The position numbers were made by a program, and so were the translations under genes. 64,000 bases of DNA, from positions 22,947-86,946 of the forward strand of contig DATAAF010000005.1 in NCBI GenBank assembly GCA_036260255.1, in the 5' to 3' direction. The stretch's first letter is position 1. The number at the start of each line of letters is the position of its first letter. Shown here piece by piece: positions 9,167-19,736 of this stretch. The notes below the pieces were generated by a model that was not told the DNA's origin, ran no database searches, and saw nothing but the letters and a program-made list of their open reading frames with translations. Source of the stretch: Acidimicrobiales bacterium (GTDB taxonomy: Bacteria; Actinomycetota; Acidimicrobiia; Acidimicrobiales; AC-14).

Positions 9167-10071
9167 GCCGCCAGATCGGCGACCCACCGCTCAGCCTCGG
9201 CCGGCGAGACCTCGGCCTGGCCCTGGCGGGCCTGGAGGCGCCCGTACAGGCGCCGCAGCTCGGCGCCGAGCCGCTCGATGTCCACCGGTGGCGGCGCGGG
9301 GGCCTCGGGCGGCTTCCGCGCCCCCAGCCACTGGCGGAAGCTCGAGCCGGATGGCGGGTGAGGCCGCCTCGACGAGGGAGCCGGGCGGGCCTCGCGGAGC
9401 GGCCGATGCGAAGGAGCAGACCGGTCCGGACCCGGTTCGTGGCTGTCCGGTGCCTGTTCCGTCGCAGGCGGGGCTGACGCACGAGCGGGCGCCGGTGGCG
9501 GCGTGAGCGGCGGGGCGGGCGGCGGGGGCTCGGGCGGCGGCGGCGGCGAGGGCGGTTCGGCGACGACGGCAGGCGGCCGCAGGCGCTCCTCGCGCCGCCG
9601 CTCCTCCTCGATCTGGCGCCGTAGCTCGACGAACTGGTCCCGCATGCGAGACGCCTCGGCGTCGATCGCTCGCAGCCTCGCCTCGAGCCCGCCGGCCAGC
9701 TGCTCGGCGAGGGCCACCCGCTCCACGAGCGCCTGGAAGTCGCTGATCGGGACCAGGACCGTGCCGGGCACGGCCAGGCGCACGTCGGTGCCCGAGACCG
9801 GCTCCGGGGCCGTCCGGTCGCGGGGACCGGCCCGGCGCAGCACGTCCTCGAGGCGCACTTCGACCCGCTCCAGTCCCGCGGGTGTGGTGACCTTGCGGCT
9901 CGCAACCGACCCCTCCCGCCGCCACTTGCGGATGGCGCTGACCGAGCATCCGGCCTGCTTCGCGGCGTCGGCCTGCAGGACCCACGGCCCGTCGACCCGC
10001 CCGGCCGACGCGGATCCCAGCGGCGGCATCGGCCTGCCCCTCGGATCGCTCTCCACTGAGGGCAACCTCAC
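9010..10071 (-). CDS. Putative DNA-binding protein: N-terminal MerR/excisionase-type HTH, coiled coil, Pro-rich linker, helical C-terminal domain
   Basis: WVLQADAAKQAGCSVSAIRKWRREGSV resembles the HTH_17/MerR-type motif. Coiled coil LEARLRAIDAEASRMRDQFVELRRQIEEERRREE. Alternative ATG start at 10029. Confidence 0.65.
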   Translation of the reverse strand: MRLPSVESDPRGRPMPPLGSASAGRVDGPWVLQADAAKQAGCSVSAIRKWRREGSVASRKVTTPAGLERVEVRLEDVLRRAGPRDRTAPEPVSGTDVRLAVPGTVLVPISDFQALVERVALAEQLAGGLEARLRAIDAEASRMRDQFVELRRQIEEERRREERLRPPAVVAEPPSPPPPPEPPPPAPPLTPPPAPARASAPPATEQAPDSHEPGPDRSAPSHRPLREARPAPSSRRPHPPSGSSFRQWLGARKPPEAPAPPPVDIERLGAELRRLYGRLQARQGQAEVSPAEAERWVADLAAYDAALVRACRAVGVPTAFRVGERIPAADRIALSRALAAAGVDVRVSQPTSP

Positions 10072-10297
10072 GACCCCAGCCTCTCTCGTCCGTTGCCCGT
10101 GGGCTGCATGGTAGCGGTCCGCCCGCCCGTCGGCGAGAGGCCTGCCCGACCCAGCCAGGACACCGCCGTATCAGCTGGTACGCCCATATAGCGCGTCACG
10201 TGGCGGGTGCTCGTGGCAGCCGGGACATCCCCCTAGGGGGTTGGCTGCACCTGTAGGTCGACCTGCGTCCGCGCCGGCGCCCCGACGCCGGGCGCGG

Positions 10298-12127
10298 TCA
10301 GGGCCGGGGCAGCTGTTCCCGTATCACGGCGGTCAGCGCGCCCCCCGACAGCTCGCCTACGGGCACGTGACGGGCACCCATGGCCGCCGCCAGCTCGGCG
10401 CCCAGGCCGAGGCGTGCGGCCCCCGCCTCCACGTCGACTACGACCGCCGGCACGCTTCGGCGGCGCACCGCGGCGGCCGCCTCCATGGCCGCCCCCACGG
10501 GGTCGGCGCCGTGGGGGCCGCTGGTCGCCCGCCCGTCGGAGACCACCACGAGCAGAGGGCGGTGGTCACCCTCCTTGCCGCCGGTGGAGACGGCCAGGCG
10601 CAGGGCGGCGGAGATCCCCGCCGCCAGGGGGGTGCGTCCCCCGGTCGCCAGCTCGGCCAGCCGCGCCCGGGCCACCTCGACGCTGCCCGTCGGCCGTAGG
10701 GCCACCTCGGCCTGCTCGCCCCGGAAGGTCACCATCGCCACCCGGTCGCGGCGCTGGTAGGCGTCGAGGAGGAGGCTCATCACCGCCGTCTTGGCCGCCT
10801 CCATGCGCCGCTCCGCCCCCATCGAACCCGAGGCGTCCACGACCAGGATCACCAGGTTCCCAGCTCGCCGCTCCCGCACCGCCTCCCGCACGTCCCCCGC
10901 CTCGACCGGACGCTCGTCCGCCGCCTGGCCCGGAGCCGCCTCGACGCGCCGGGCGGCGGCGGCCCGCACGGTCGCCGCCACCGCCACGGACCGCACCGGT
11001 GCGTCGGCCGGATCCCGGTCGCCCACCAGGCGTCCCCGCTCGCCGGTGACCGGTGACCGGCGCCCGTCGGCGCCCGACACCGCCCGGGGAGCCTGGAGGG
11101 GCACGACCGGAGCGGGAGGGCCGGGGGCGACGGCCGGAGCCGGAGGACGCTCGGCCGGACCGGCGGGCTCGTCGGATGGCGCGGCACGCGGTCGACCGCC
11201 CTCGTCGCCCCCCGTCCCGGTCGCCCGGTCGATGGCCCGGTCGAGGGCCCCGTCGAGCTCGTCCTGGTCCATCCCCGGTCGTTCGAACGGCTGGCGGCGC
11301 CGGCGGTGGGCCAGCGCCAGCGGCGCCACCCGGCGCACGTCCTCCGTCGTGGTCTCGGCCCGCCCCTCGAGGCCGGCCAGGGCGGCGGCCGCCCGGCACG
11401 TCACCAGGTCGGCCCGCAGGCTCTCGGCGCCCACCTCGGCGCACAGGGCGCTCACCATGGCGGTGAGCTCGGGCGTGACCACGGAGGGGGCGGCGGTCGC
11501 CAGCCGCTCGGCGAATTCCCGCTGCCGAGGAGCCCACGCGGCCGCAACCGTCTCGGGATCGGCGTCGAAGGCCAGCCGGCGGCGGACCGCCTCGGCCCGC
11601 TCAGTCGGGTCGGACCCCGCCACCACGTCCACCGCCAGGCCGAAGCGGTCGAGCAGCTGGGGCCGCAGCTCCCCCTCCTCGGGGTTCATGGAGCCCACCA
11701 AGAGGAAGCGGCTCGGGTGGGCGTGGGCGATGCCCTCCCGCTCCACCCGGTTCACGCCTGACGAGGCGACGTCGAGGAGGACGTCCACGAGGTGGTCGGC
11801 GAGCAGGTTGACCTCGTCGACGTAGAGCACGCCGCCGTGGGCGGCGGCCAAGAGCCCGGGACGGAAGCGCACCTCGCCGCCGGTGAGGGCGGCAGCCAGG
11901 TCGAGCGATCCGACGACGCGGTCCTCGGTGGCCCCCAGCGGCAGCTCCACGAACGGCGCCGAGCCAGGCAGGAGGTCGGCCACCCCCCGAGCCAGCGTGG
12001 TCTTGGCCGACCCCTTCTGGCCCCGGAGCAGCACGCCCCCGATCCGGGGGTCCAGCGCCGCCACGAGCAGGGCCAGCTTGGCCTCCTCCTGGCCCACCAC
12101 CGCCGAGAAGGGGAACTGGGCGGTCAC
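10298..12127 (-). CDS. Chelatase AAA+/vWA subunit (ChlI-ChlD fusion type), partner of CobN
   Basis: GTG at 12127 overlaps the cobN stop (GTGA). [40 protein letters not shown] (ChlI Walker A), YVDEVNLL (Walker B). C-terminal vWA with MIDAS-like VVDASGSM. Confidence 0.85.
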   Translation of the reverse strand: MTAQFPFSAVVGQEEAKLALLVAALDPRIGGVLLRGQKGSAKTTLARGVADLLPGSAPFVELPLGATEDRVVGSLDLAAALTGGEVRFRPGLLAAAHGGVLYVDEVNLLADHLVDVLLDVASSGVNRVEREGIAHAHPSRFLLVGSMNPEEGELRPQLLDRFGLAVDVVAGSDPTERAEAVRRRLAFDADPETVAAAWAPRQREFAERLATAAPSVVTPELTAMVSALCAEVGAESLRADLVTCRAAAALAGLEGRAETTTEDVRRVAPLALAHRRRRQPFERPGMDQDELDGALDRAIDRATGTGGDEGGRPRAAPSDEPAGPAERPPAPAVAPGPPAPVVPLQAPRAVSGADGRRSPVTGERGRLVGDRDPADAPVRSVAVAATVRAAAARRVEAAPGQAADERPVEAGDVREAVRERRAGNLVILVVDASGSMGAERRMEAAKTAVMSLLLDAYQRRDRVAMVTFRGEQAEVALRPTGSVEVARARLAELATGGRTPLAAGISAALRLAVSTGGKEGDHRPLLVVVSDGRATSGPHGADPVGAAMEAAAAVRRRSVPAVVVDVEAGAARLGLGAELAAAMGARHVPVGELSGGALTAVIREQLPRP

Positions 12128-15100
12128 CGGCCCTCCTCCCACCCCTCCGCTTCGAGCAGCGCCGAGCGGACGGTCGCCAGTGCCTGCTCGGACGCGTCCC
12201 AGAGTCCCCGCTCGGACGCCTCCAGCAGCCGCTCGGCGATCGAGCGCAGGGCCCACGGGTTGGAGCGCTCGAAGAACTTGCGCACTGCGGGGTCGCCGAG
12301 GTAGCCGTCCGTCACCCGCTCGTACATCCAGTCCTCCACCACCCTGGCGGTGGCGTCGTAGCCGAAGAGGTAGTCGACGGTGGCGGCCATCTCGAAGGCG
12401 CCCTTGTAGCCGTGGCGCTGCATGGCGGCGATCCACTTCGGGTTCACCACCCGGGTGCGAACGACCCGGGCCGCCTCCTCGGCCAGCGTGCGCACCCGGG
12501 GCTGGGCGGGGTCGGAGGAGTCGCCGAAGAAGGCGTGGGGCTGGACGCCGGTGAGGGCCCGCACGGTGGCGACCATCCCGCCGTGGTCCTGGAGGTAGTC
12601 GTCGGAGTCGAAGATGTCGTGCTCGCGGTTGTCCTGGTTCTTCATGGCCACGTCGATGGCGGCGAAGCGCCGGCGCATGGCGTCGGGGGCGGCGATCCCC
12701 ATGCCCCGGCGGCCGTAGGCATAGCCGCCCCAGGCCAGGTAGACGGCGGCCAGGTCCTCGTCGGACCGCCAGTCGCGCGACTCGAGCAGGGGAAGGATCC
12801 CCGACCCGTAGGCCCCCGGCTTGGCCCCGAAGATCCGGGGGTCGTCGCCCCCGTGGGCCCGTAAGAAGTTGGCGTCGGGCGGCTCGTCCAGCCCCGCGAC
12901 CAGCGCCACCGCGTCGTCGAGGAGGTGCACGAGGTTGGGGAAGGCGTCCCTGAAGAACCCCGAGATGCGAAGGGTGACGTCGATGCGGGGACGGCCCAGC
13001 TCGGCGAGGGGGATCGCCTCGACCCCGGTCACCCGCCCTGACTCCTCCGCCCACACCGGGCGCGCCCCGAGGAGGGCGAGGGCGCAGGCCACGTCGTCGC
13101 CCGAGGTGCGCATCGCCGACGTCCCCCAGACCACCAGGCCGACCGACTCCGGCGGCCGACCGGTGTCGGCCACGTGCCGCTGGACCAGGCCGTCGGCCAG
13201 CCGGCACCCGACCTCCCACGCCAGGGAGGAGGGGAGGGCCTTGGGGTCGACGGACCAGAAGTTGCGACCGGTGGGGAGGACGTGGGCCATCCCCCGGCTG
13301 GGGGCTCCGCTGGGACCGGCGGGCACGTGGCGGCCGGCCAGGGCGGCGAGGGTGTTGGCCACCTCGTCGGTGGTGCGGGCCAGGGCGGGGGCGAGACGGT
13401 CGCACACCCACCGCAGGGTCGGGTCGTCACCGTCGTAGCGCCAGCCCGCCGCCTGGAGGGCGGCCAGCCGGCGGCGGCACTCCGCCTCCACGCGGTCGAC
13501 CCCCGCCCGGTCCTCGCCCGCGCCCAGCTCGGCCGCCACCGTCGCCCGCAGCGACGGCACGGATGCGCCCTGGGGCAGCCGGGTGAGAGCGGTGACCAGG
13601 TCGAGCTCCGCGTCCCCGGCGGGCGGGGCGCCGAGGGTGTGGAGCCCGCCGCGGATCTGGGCGTCCTTGAGCTCGCACAGATAGCCGTCGACGTGCAGCA
13701 CCAGGTCGTCGAAGTCGTCGCCTTCGGGCGCCTCGCCCACACCGAGGTCGCGGTGCATCTCGGCCGCCACCAGCACCTCCCAGACGCGGGCCCGGATGGC
13801 CGGCAGCTTGGCCGGGTCGAGGGCGGCGACCTTGGCGTACTCGTCGAGCAGCGACTCGAGCCGGGCCAGGTCGTCGTAGGTGTCGGCCCGGGTGAGCGGC
13901 GGGACGAGGTGGTCGACGACCACGGCGTGGGCCCGCCGCTTGGCCTGGGTGCCCTCGCCCGGGTCGTTCACGACGAACGGGTACACGAGGGGCAGGTCGC
14001 CCAGGGCGGCGTCGGGGGCGCAGGCGGCGGACAGGCCGACGCCCTTGCCGGGCAGCCACTCGAGGGTGCCGTGCTTGCCCACGTGGACGACGGCGTCCGC
14101 CCCCCACGCCTGGTCGAGCCACCGGTAGAAGGCCAGGTAGTGGTGGGTGGGGGGCAGCTCGGGCGAGTGGTAGACGGCGACGGGGTTCTCGCCGAAGCCC
14201 CGCGGCGGCTGCACCGCCACCAGCACACCACCCAGGTCGATGCCGGGGAACAGGAGCTCGCCCGAGCCGGGGTCCCGGTAGACGTCGCCGGGAGGCGGCC
14301 CCCACGCCTCGCCGACTGCATGGCGGAGAGCGGCGGGCACCGTCTCGAACCAGGCGGAGTAGGCGTCGGCCCGCCAGCGTCCGGCGGCCGCCTCCCCCTG
14401 GGCCGTTGAGAGCGACCCCTGGTCGTAGGTGAGGGCGTCGGCCAGCTCGGCCATGAGGGCGTCGCCGTCGGCGGGGACGCGATCGACGCGGTAGCCGGCG
14501 CGGCGGAGGGCGTGCAGCAGGACGACGACCGACGCCGGCGTGTCGAGGGCGACGGCGTTGCCGATGCGGCTGCGTTTGGTCGGGTAGGCGGACAGGACGA
14601 GGGCGACCCGCTTCTCGGGGTTCGGCCGCCCCCGCAGGGCGGCCAGGCGGACGGCCAGCCCGGCAACCCGGTCGCAGCGGTCGGCGACGGCCCGGTAGGC
14701 GACGACCGGGGCGCCCAGCTCGTCGCCGTCGTCGACGACCTCCTTGAACGAGAAGGGCGGGCCCACGATGCGGCCGTCGAACTCGGGGATGGCGACGCTC
14801 ATGGCGACGTCCAGGGGGCCGAGCCCGCCGGCGCCGGCCTCCCACTCCTCGCGGGACCGGGTGGCGGCCACGGCCTGGAGCACGGGGAGGTCGAGGGCGG
14901 CGAGGGCGGACGCGTCCCAGTCGTCGTCTCTGGCCGAGCCCATGGCCAGGACGGTCGTGACGACCACGTCGACGCCCCGCTGGGCCAGCAGCTCGAGGGC
15001 GGGCACCCGGCCGTCGGGCCCCGGCCGCAACGAGTAGCACCACACGGGCACCGCCGTGGCGCCGCGGGCGGCCAGCGCGGAGCACAGGTCCTCGACGAAG

Positions 15101-15624
15101 CGGGTGTTCCCCGACAGGAGGTGGGCCCGGTAGAAGACGACCCCGACGACGGGGCCGCCGCCCCGGCCGTCCTCCCAGCCGGGGAGGACGCCGTGGGCCG
15201 GGACGGGCGCGGGTGGGTCGAAGCCGAAGCCGCCGAGGAGCACGGTGTCGGCCACGAACCGCAGCAGGTGCTCGATGTTGGCCAGCCCGCCGTGGACCAG
15301 GTACTCGAACGCCTGGGCCACGGTGGCGGCCGGGGCGGTCGACAGCGCGGTGAGCTCGGCGTCGGGAGCGGCCTCGCCGCCGAACGCCAGCAGCGGGACG
15401 CCGGCGGCGGCGCAGCGTCCCCGGAGCTCGTCGAAGGGTCCCTCCCAGGCCCGCCGCCCGCCGAGGAGGCGGACGAGCACGACCCCCACGCCGGCCAGGT
15501 CGGGCGCCCGCTCGAGGCCGGTGGGGTTGGCCGCCCGCACCGGCGGGAAGCCGGGCGGCAGCCCCTCGATCACCGACCGGAGGGCGAGGATCTCCGTGTC
15601 GGCGTTGGTGAGGACGAGGATCAC
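12124..15624 (-). CDS. cobN: Cobaltochelatase large subunit CobN
   Basis: GTG at 15624 overlaps the cobQ stop (GTGA). [16 protein letters not shown]-terminus, about 1166 aa, CobN/Mg-chelatase H family features throughout. The upstream 186 codons of the track ORF are Arg/Pro/Gly junk. Confidence 0.95.
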   Translation of the reverse strand: MILVLTNADTEILALRSVIEGLPPGFPPVRAANPTGLERAPDLAGVGVVLVRLLGGRRAWEGPFDELRGRCAAAGVPLLAFGGEAAPDAELTALSTAPAATVAQAFEYLVHGGLANIEHLLRFVADTVLLGGFGFDPPAPVPAHGVLPGWEDGRGGGPVVGVVFYRAHLLSGNTRFVEDLCSALAARGATAVPVWCYSLRPGPDGRVPALELLAQRGVDVVVTTVLAMGSARDDDWDASALAALDLPVLQAVAATRSREEWEAGAGGLGPLDVAMSVAIPEFDGRIVGPPFSFKEVVDDGDELGAPVVAYRAVADRCDRVAGLAVRLAALRGRPNPEKRVALVLSAYPTKRSRIGNAVALDTPASVVVLLHALRRAGYRVDRVPADGDALMAELADALTYDQGSLSTAQGEAAAGRWRADAYSAWFETVPAALRHAVGEAWGPPPGDVYRDPGSGELLFPGIDLGGVLVAVQPPRGFGENPVAVYHSPELPPTHHYLAFYRWLDQAWGADAVVHVGKHGTLEWLPGKGVGLSAACAPDAALGDLPLVYPFVVNDPGEGTQAKRRAHAVVVDHLVPPLTRADTYDDLARLESLLDEYAKVAALDPAKLPAIRARVWEVLVAAEMHRDLGVGEAPEGDDFDDLVLHVDGYLCELKDAQIRGGLHTLGAPPAGDAELDLVTALTRLPQGASVPSLRATVAAELGAGEDRAGVDRVEAECRRRLAALQAAGWRYDGDDPTLRWVCDRLAPALARTTDEVANTLAALAGRHVPAGPSGAPSRGMAHVLPTGRNFWSVDPKALPSSLAWEVGCRLADGLVQRHVADTGRPPESVGLVVWGTSAMRTSGDDVACALALLGARPVWAEESGRVTGVEAIPLAELGRPRIDVTLRISGFFRDAFPNLVHLLDDAVALVAGLDEPPDANFLRAHGGDDPRIFGAKPGAYGSGILPLLESRDWRSDEDLAAVYLAWGGYAYGRRGMGIAAPDAMRRRFAAIDVAMKNQDNREHDIFDSDDYLQDHGGMVATVRALTGVQPHAFFGDSSDPAQPRVRTLAEEAARVVRTRVVNPKWIAAMQRHGYKGAFEMAATVDYLFGYDATARVVEDWMYERVTDGYLGDPAVRKFFERSNPWALRSIAERLLEASERGLWDASEQALATVRSALLEAEGWEEGR

Positions 15625-17117
15625 GGGGCCCCCTCCTTGACGAGGGTCTCGACGGCGGCGAGGTCCAGGTGGGCCTCGACCAGGTCGGCCAGGCGGTCGA
15701 TCTGGGCCTCCCGGGCGGCGGTGAACGACACCCCCGACGGGGGGAGCTCCTTCCCCCGGCGCCGCCCCACGTCGGCCAGGAAGGCGGCCCGGAACCCGTC
15801 CTCCTCGAACAGCCCGTGGAGGGTGGTGCCGAGCACTCGGCCGCCCGGGTCCACGGCCCCTTCGGCCTCGGAACCGTACGCGTCGTCCAGCTGCACCCAC
15901 GGCCGTGCCCCGGCGCCGCGGGTCACCCGCCCGTGGTGGATCTGGTAGCCCGTCAGCCGCTGGCCCAGCGCCCGGCCCCGGCGCTGGCGGGTGACCTTGG
16001 ACGCCCCGAACACGGTGGCCACGTCGAGCCAGCCCAGGCCGGCGACCCGGCCCCGGCCCGACTCGACACCGTCGACGACCACCCGGCCGAGCATCTGGTA
16101 GCCGCCGCAGACGCCGAGCACCGCGCTCCCCCGCCGGCGGGCCTGGTCGAGCGCCCGGTCGAGCCCCCGCCCCCGTAGCCACTCGAGGTCGGCCACGGTG
16201 GCCTTGGTGCCGGGGAGCACGACCAGATCGGGGTCGCCCACGGCGGCGGGATGGTCGACCAGGCGGACGGCGACGGCGGGTTCGACGCCCAGGGCGTCGA
16301 GATCGGTGAAGTTGGAGATGCGGGGGAACCGGACGGCGGCCACGTCGAGCGCCGTCCCCTCGGTGGTGGCCGGCGCCGGTGCGGGCCGCCGGCCGTCGAG
16401 GGCGAGGGAGTCCTCGGCGTCGAGGCCGACGTCATGGACGTAGGGAAGCACGCCCAGGGTGGGGACGCCCGACCGCTGCTCGAGTTGGGCCAGGCCGTCA
16501 CCGAGCAGGGCGGGGTCGCCGCGGAACTTGTTGACGACGAACCCGCCCACCAGCCGGCGGAGGTCGTCGGGCAGGAGGGTGACGGTGCCGTAGAGGGCGG
16601 CGAACACGCCGCCCCGGTCGATGTCGCCCACGACCACCGCCCGCACCCCCGCCCGGGCGGCCAGGCGGAGGTTGACGAGGTCCCCGTCGAGGAGGTTGAT
16701 CTCGGCCGGGCTGCCCGCCCCCTCGAGGAGGACGACGTCGAAGCGGGACCGGAGGTCGTCGAGGGCGGCGGTGACAGTGGCGACGAGGCGGGGCTTGGCC
16801 GCGTGGTACGCGGCGGCGTCGAGGTGGCCGGCGGGCCGTCCCATGACGACCACCTGGCTCGTGCGCTCGCCCGTGGGCTTGAGCAGGATCGGGTTCATGG
16901 CGACCTCGGGCTGGGCGCCGGCGGCCAGCGCCTGGACACCCTGGGCCCGCCCGATCTCGTGGCCGGCGGGCGTGACCCAGGAGTTCAGGGCCATGTTCTG
17001 GGCCTTGAACGGGGCGACCCGGACGCCCCGGCGGTGGAGCACCCGGCACAGGCCGGTGACGAGGTGGCTCTTGCCCACGTCGCTGCCGGTGCCGCACACC
17101 ATGAGGGCGCCCCTCAC
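15621..17117 (-). CDS. cobQ: Cobyric acid synthase CobQ/CbiP
   Basis: GTG at 17117 (GTGA overlap). LMVCGTGSDVGKSHLVTGLCRVL, INLLDGDLVNLRLA. C-terminal GATase domain with GVCGGYQMLG. Confidence 0.95.
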   Translation of the reverse strand: MRGALMVCGTGSDVGKSHLVTGLCRVLHRRGVRVAPFKAQNMALNSWVTPAGHEIGRAQGVQALAAGAQPEVAMNPILLKPTGERTSQVVVMGRPAGHLDAAAYHAAKPRLVATVTAALDDLRSRFDVVLLEGAGSPAEINLLDGDLVNLRLAARAGVRAVVVGDIDRGGVFAALYGTVTLLPDDLRRLVGGFVVNKFRGDPALLGDGLAQLEQRSGVPTLGVLPYVHDVGLDAEDSLALDGRRPAPAPATTEGTALDVAAVRFPRISNFTDLDALGVEPAVAVRLVDHPAAVGDPDLVVLPGTKATVADLEWLRGRGLDRALDQARRRGSAVLGVCGGYQMLGRVVVDGVESGRGRVAGLGWLDVATVFGASKVTRQRRGRALGQRLTGYQIHHGRVTRGAGARPWVQLDDAYGSEAEGAVDPGGRVLGTTLHGLFEEDGFRAAFLADVGRRRGKELPPSGVSFTAAREAQIDRLADLVEAHLDLAAVETLVKEGAP

Positions 17118-18025
17118 CGGGCCGCCTCCAGGGCGTCGGCCAGGCGCGCCAGCCCCGGGGGGTCGGGGACGGCGATGCGGACGTGGCCGGGCAGGCCGAA
17201 GGACGTGCAGTCGCGCACGAGCACGCGCTGGCGGGCCAACCGGTCGCGAAGGCCGGGGGCGGGCACGAGCAGCCAGTTGGCGTCCGACGGCTGAGGCCGG
17301 AACCCGTGGCTCCGGAGCAGGGCGGCCAGGTCGTCCCGCCCGCGGCCGACCGCGTGCGACCAAGCGGGCAGGTCGACGGTGGCGAGGAGGTCGGGGAGGG
17401 AGGCGGTGGCCAGGCCGTTGACCGACCAGGTGGGCTGGCGGGCGGCGAGCCGCCGGGCGGTGCCGGCGTCGGGTGCCAGCACGTAACCGGCCCGCAGGCC
17501 GGGACAGGCCAGCACCTTGGTGAGCGAGCCGACCACGACCGCGCCCTGGTCGGCGTCGCCCCGGGTCCAGCGCCCGGCGGCCAGCGGGAAGAAGGCCTCG
17601 TCCCAGACGTGCGCCGGGGCGCCGGGCGGGGCCAGCCGGCCGCTCGGGTTGTGGGGGTTCGAGCGCCACCGGGGCCCGCCGCCGCGGGGGTAGAGGGCGA
17701 AGTCGGGCTCGTCGACCCGTCCGCCGCCCAGCTCGGCGGCAACCAGGGCGATGGCCTCGGCCCCGCCGTTGGTGAGGAGCACCCGCTCGGGGTCCGTCCC
17801 CAGGGCGGCGGCCAAGGCGGCGGTGGCGGGGCCCGGGTCGGGGTAGCGCCGCAGGGCGTCGAGGTGCTTGGCCACCACCTCCCCGGGGTCCGGCGCGGCG
17901 GGGTTGAGGCTGGCCGACAGGTCGAGCACCGCCCCCACGTCCACGCCCAGGGCGGCGGCCAGCCTGGCCCCGTCGCCCCCGTGCGGCCCGGGCGCGAGGA
18001 TCACCGCCCCCGCCTCCGGGCGCAT
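17114..18025 (-). CDS. cobD: L-threonine-O-3-phosphate decarboxylase (class I/II aminotransferase fold; CobD of Salmonella nomenclature)
   Basis: PHGGDGARLAAALGV..LDLSASLNP N-terminus, NPHNPSG, PLP-lysine context GSLTKVLACPGLRAGY. Confidence 0.85.
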   Translation of the reverse strand: MRPEAGAVILAPGPHGGDGARLAAALGVDVGAVLDLSASLNPAAPDPGEVVAKHLDALRRYPDPGPATAALAAALGTDPERVLLTNGGAEAIALVAAELGGGRVDEPDFALYPRGGGPRWRSNPHNPSGRLAPPGAPAHVWDEAFFPLAAGRWTRGDADQGAVVVGSLTKVLACPGLRAGYVLAPDAGTARRLAARQPTWSVNGLATASLPDLLATVDLPAWSHAVGRGRDDLAALLRSHGFRPQPSDANWLLVPAPGLRDRLARQRVLVRDCTSFGLPGHVRIAVPDPPGLARLADALEAAR

Positions 18026-18942
18026 TGGGTCAGGAAAGGTCGCCCTTCCGGGTCACCTTTCCCACCCAGAAGGGCCAGCGCGGCCAGCGCGCCGGTCAGG
18101 GCCCACGCCACGTCGGACGAGAGACGCACGGCCCTGGCCACGTCGGCCGCCTCAGGCGGGCGCCCCGTCCCCAGCGAGGGACGCAGCTCGACCCGGCCCT
18201 CGTACTGGTTGGCCCCGCCGAGGCGGAGGCCGAGGGCGGCGGCGAAGGCGGCCTCGGCGACGCCGGCGTTGGGTGAGGGGTGGCGAGGGGCGTCACGACG
18301 GACCGCCTGCGACACGGCGGCGGCCGACCGGGGCCGGACGGCGGCGACCAGCGTCGCGGTGACCCGGGCCGGCACCCACCCGGCGGCGTCGTCGAGGCGG
18401 GCGCTGGCCCAGCCGAACCGGACGTAGCGGGGGGTGCGGTGGCCGACCAGGGCGTCGAGCGTGTTCACCGCCCGGTAGCCGAGGGCGCCGGGAGCGCCGG
18501 CCGCCGCCGCCCAAACTGCCGGCGCCACGACCGCGTCGACGGTGTTCTCGGCCACCGACTCGACCACCGCCCGGACGATCTCCTTCTCGTCCAGTCCCTC
18601 GGGGTCGCGCCCGACGAGGGCCGGGAGCAACGCCCGCGCCTCGTCCAGGTCACCCCGGTCGATTGCATCGCCGACCGCGGTGGCGGCCCGGGCCAACGCC
18701 CCTCCGCCCGCCGCCACGGTTGTGGCCCCGGCGGTCGTGCCGGCGAGCCAGCCCGCCGCCGCCCCCAGAGCGGTACCGGCGGCCGCATACGTCGCGCCCG
18801 GACCTCGGGCGTCGCGCCACAGCTGCACCTCGACGTGGCGCATCACCCGGCCGAAGGCGACGACCGGGTGCACCGCCGCCGGCGGCTCGGCCACGAAGCG
18901 GTCGACCACCAGCCCCACGGCGGTCGCCAGCGGCATCGGCAT
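18001..18942 (-). CDS. cbiB: Adenosylcobinamide-phosphate synthase CbiB
   Basis: MPMPLATAVGLVVDRFVAEPP..HPVVAFGRV..DEKEIVRAVVESVAENTVDAVVAPAVW..GYRAVNTLDALVGH..SPNAGVAEAAFAAALGLRLGG are typical CbiB motifs. ATG at 18942. Confidence 0.9.
   Translation of the reverse strand: MPMPLATAVGLVVDRFVAEPPAAVHPVVAFGRVMRHVEVQLWRDARGPGATYAAAGTALGAAAGWLAGTTAGATTVAAGGGALARAATAVGDAIDRGDLDEARALLPALVGRDPEGLDEKEIVRAVVESVAENTVDAVVAPAVWAAAAGAPGALGYRAVNTLDALVGHRTPRYVRFGWASARLDDAAGWVPARVTATLVAAVRPRSAAAVSQAVRRDAPRHPSPNAGVAEAAFAAALGLRLGGANQYEGRVELRPSLGTGRPPEAADVARAVRLSSDVAWALTGALAALALLGGKGDPEGRPFLTQCARRRGR
18023..18062 (+). repeat. Copy 1 of a 40-nt hairpin-forming element (inverted partner at 18967-19005)
   Basis: cattgggtcaggaaagg-tcgcccttccg-ggtcacctttcc. 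The internal GGAAAGG/CCTTTCC can pair. Lies in the last 20 codons of cbiB and covers the cobD ATG. Confidence 0.7.
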
Positions 18943-18966
18943 CGCAAACCGGCCGGTTCTGGCAAC

Positions 18967-19005
18967 GGAAAGGTGACCGGGACGGCCGCCTTTCCTGACC
19001 CGATG
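18967..19005 (-). repeat. Copy 2 of the 40-nt hairpin-forming element, opposite orientation, in the cobS-cbiB gap
   Basis: Reverse complement reads catcgggtcaggaaagg-cggccgtccc-ggtcacctttcc: 16/17 and 12/12 identity to the arms of copy 1, with a divergent centre. Confidence 0.7.
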
Positions 19006-19019
19006 TGCCAGGAGGAGGC

Positions 19020-19736
19020 TCACCAGCGGGCCGCCGCCACGAGGAGGCCGGCCGTCTCGCCGATCAGGCCGGAGGCCCCGAGGACGTCGCCGGTGAAACC
19101 GCCCAGCCGGCGGCGGGCGAAGGCCACCACCGCCACCGCCGCCGCGCCACCTGCCACCACGGCGGCCACGCCGCTCGCCCCGGTCGCCACCCCCGCCAGG
19201 GCGGCCGCGCCCACCACCCCGGCGGCGGCCGGGGCGCCGGCGCCGCGCCGGGCGCCTGCCTCGGGCAGGAAGGCGGCGGCCAGGCCACCAGGGCGGGCGT
19301 AGGGCACCGAGCGGGCCGCCGCCGCCATCACCGACCGCGACCCGCACCAGAGCGCGGCCACCAGCAGGGGCCGCGGTCGCAGCGCCGCCAGGGCCGACCA
19401 GCGCAGGAGGAGGACGGCGGTCGCCGTGCCCACCCCGAAGGCGCCGGCGCGCGGGTCGGCCATCACCTCCAGCCGGCGCTCCCGCTCGAGCGGGGCGAGT
19501 AGGCCGTCGGCCGAGTCGACCAGCCCGTCGAGGTGGAGCATGCCGGTCAGGGCCAGGTCGGCGGCCACCGCCACGGCGGCCGCCACCACCGGGGGCCAGA
19601 GCTCCGACGCGCCCCACCAGACCGCGCCCACCGCCAGTCCCAGGGCGGCGCCGACCACGGGGAACCACGACAGGGCGGACGGCGACGGGGCCGCCGCGCC
19701 ACCCAGCGGGGTGAGGAAGGCGAGGGCCCGCCGCAT
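19020..19736 (-). CDS. cobS: Adenosylcobinamide-GDP ribazoletransferase (cobalamin synthase) CobS
   Basis: ATG at 19736 (ATGA overlap with cobU stop). MRRALAFLTPLG..LHLDGLVDSADGL..GAFGV..GGFTGDVLGA motifs; polytopic. Confidence 0.9.
   Translation of the reverse strand: MRRALAFLTPLGGAAAPSPSALSWFPVVGAALGLAVGAVWWGASELWPPVVAAAVAVAADLALTGMLHLDGLVDSADGLLAPLERERRLEVMADPRAGAFGVGTATAVLLLRWSALAALRPRPLLVAALWCGSRSVMAAAARSVPYARPGGLAAAFLPEAGARRGAGAPAAAGVVGAAALAGVATGASGVAAVVAGGAAAVAVVAFARRRLGGFTGDVLGASGLIGETAGLLVAAARW

Noticed and set aside
10229-10264. 12-bp palindrome CCCCCTAGGGGG and 10-bp palindrome AGGTCGACCT downstream of the chlID stop
   Set aside because: They are too short and have no loop, so they are unconvincing as a terminator. 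No second copy or associated gene was found, so this may be chance or a restriction-site-like sequence.
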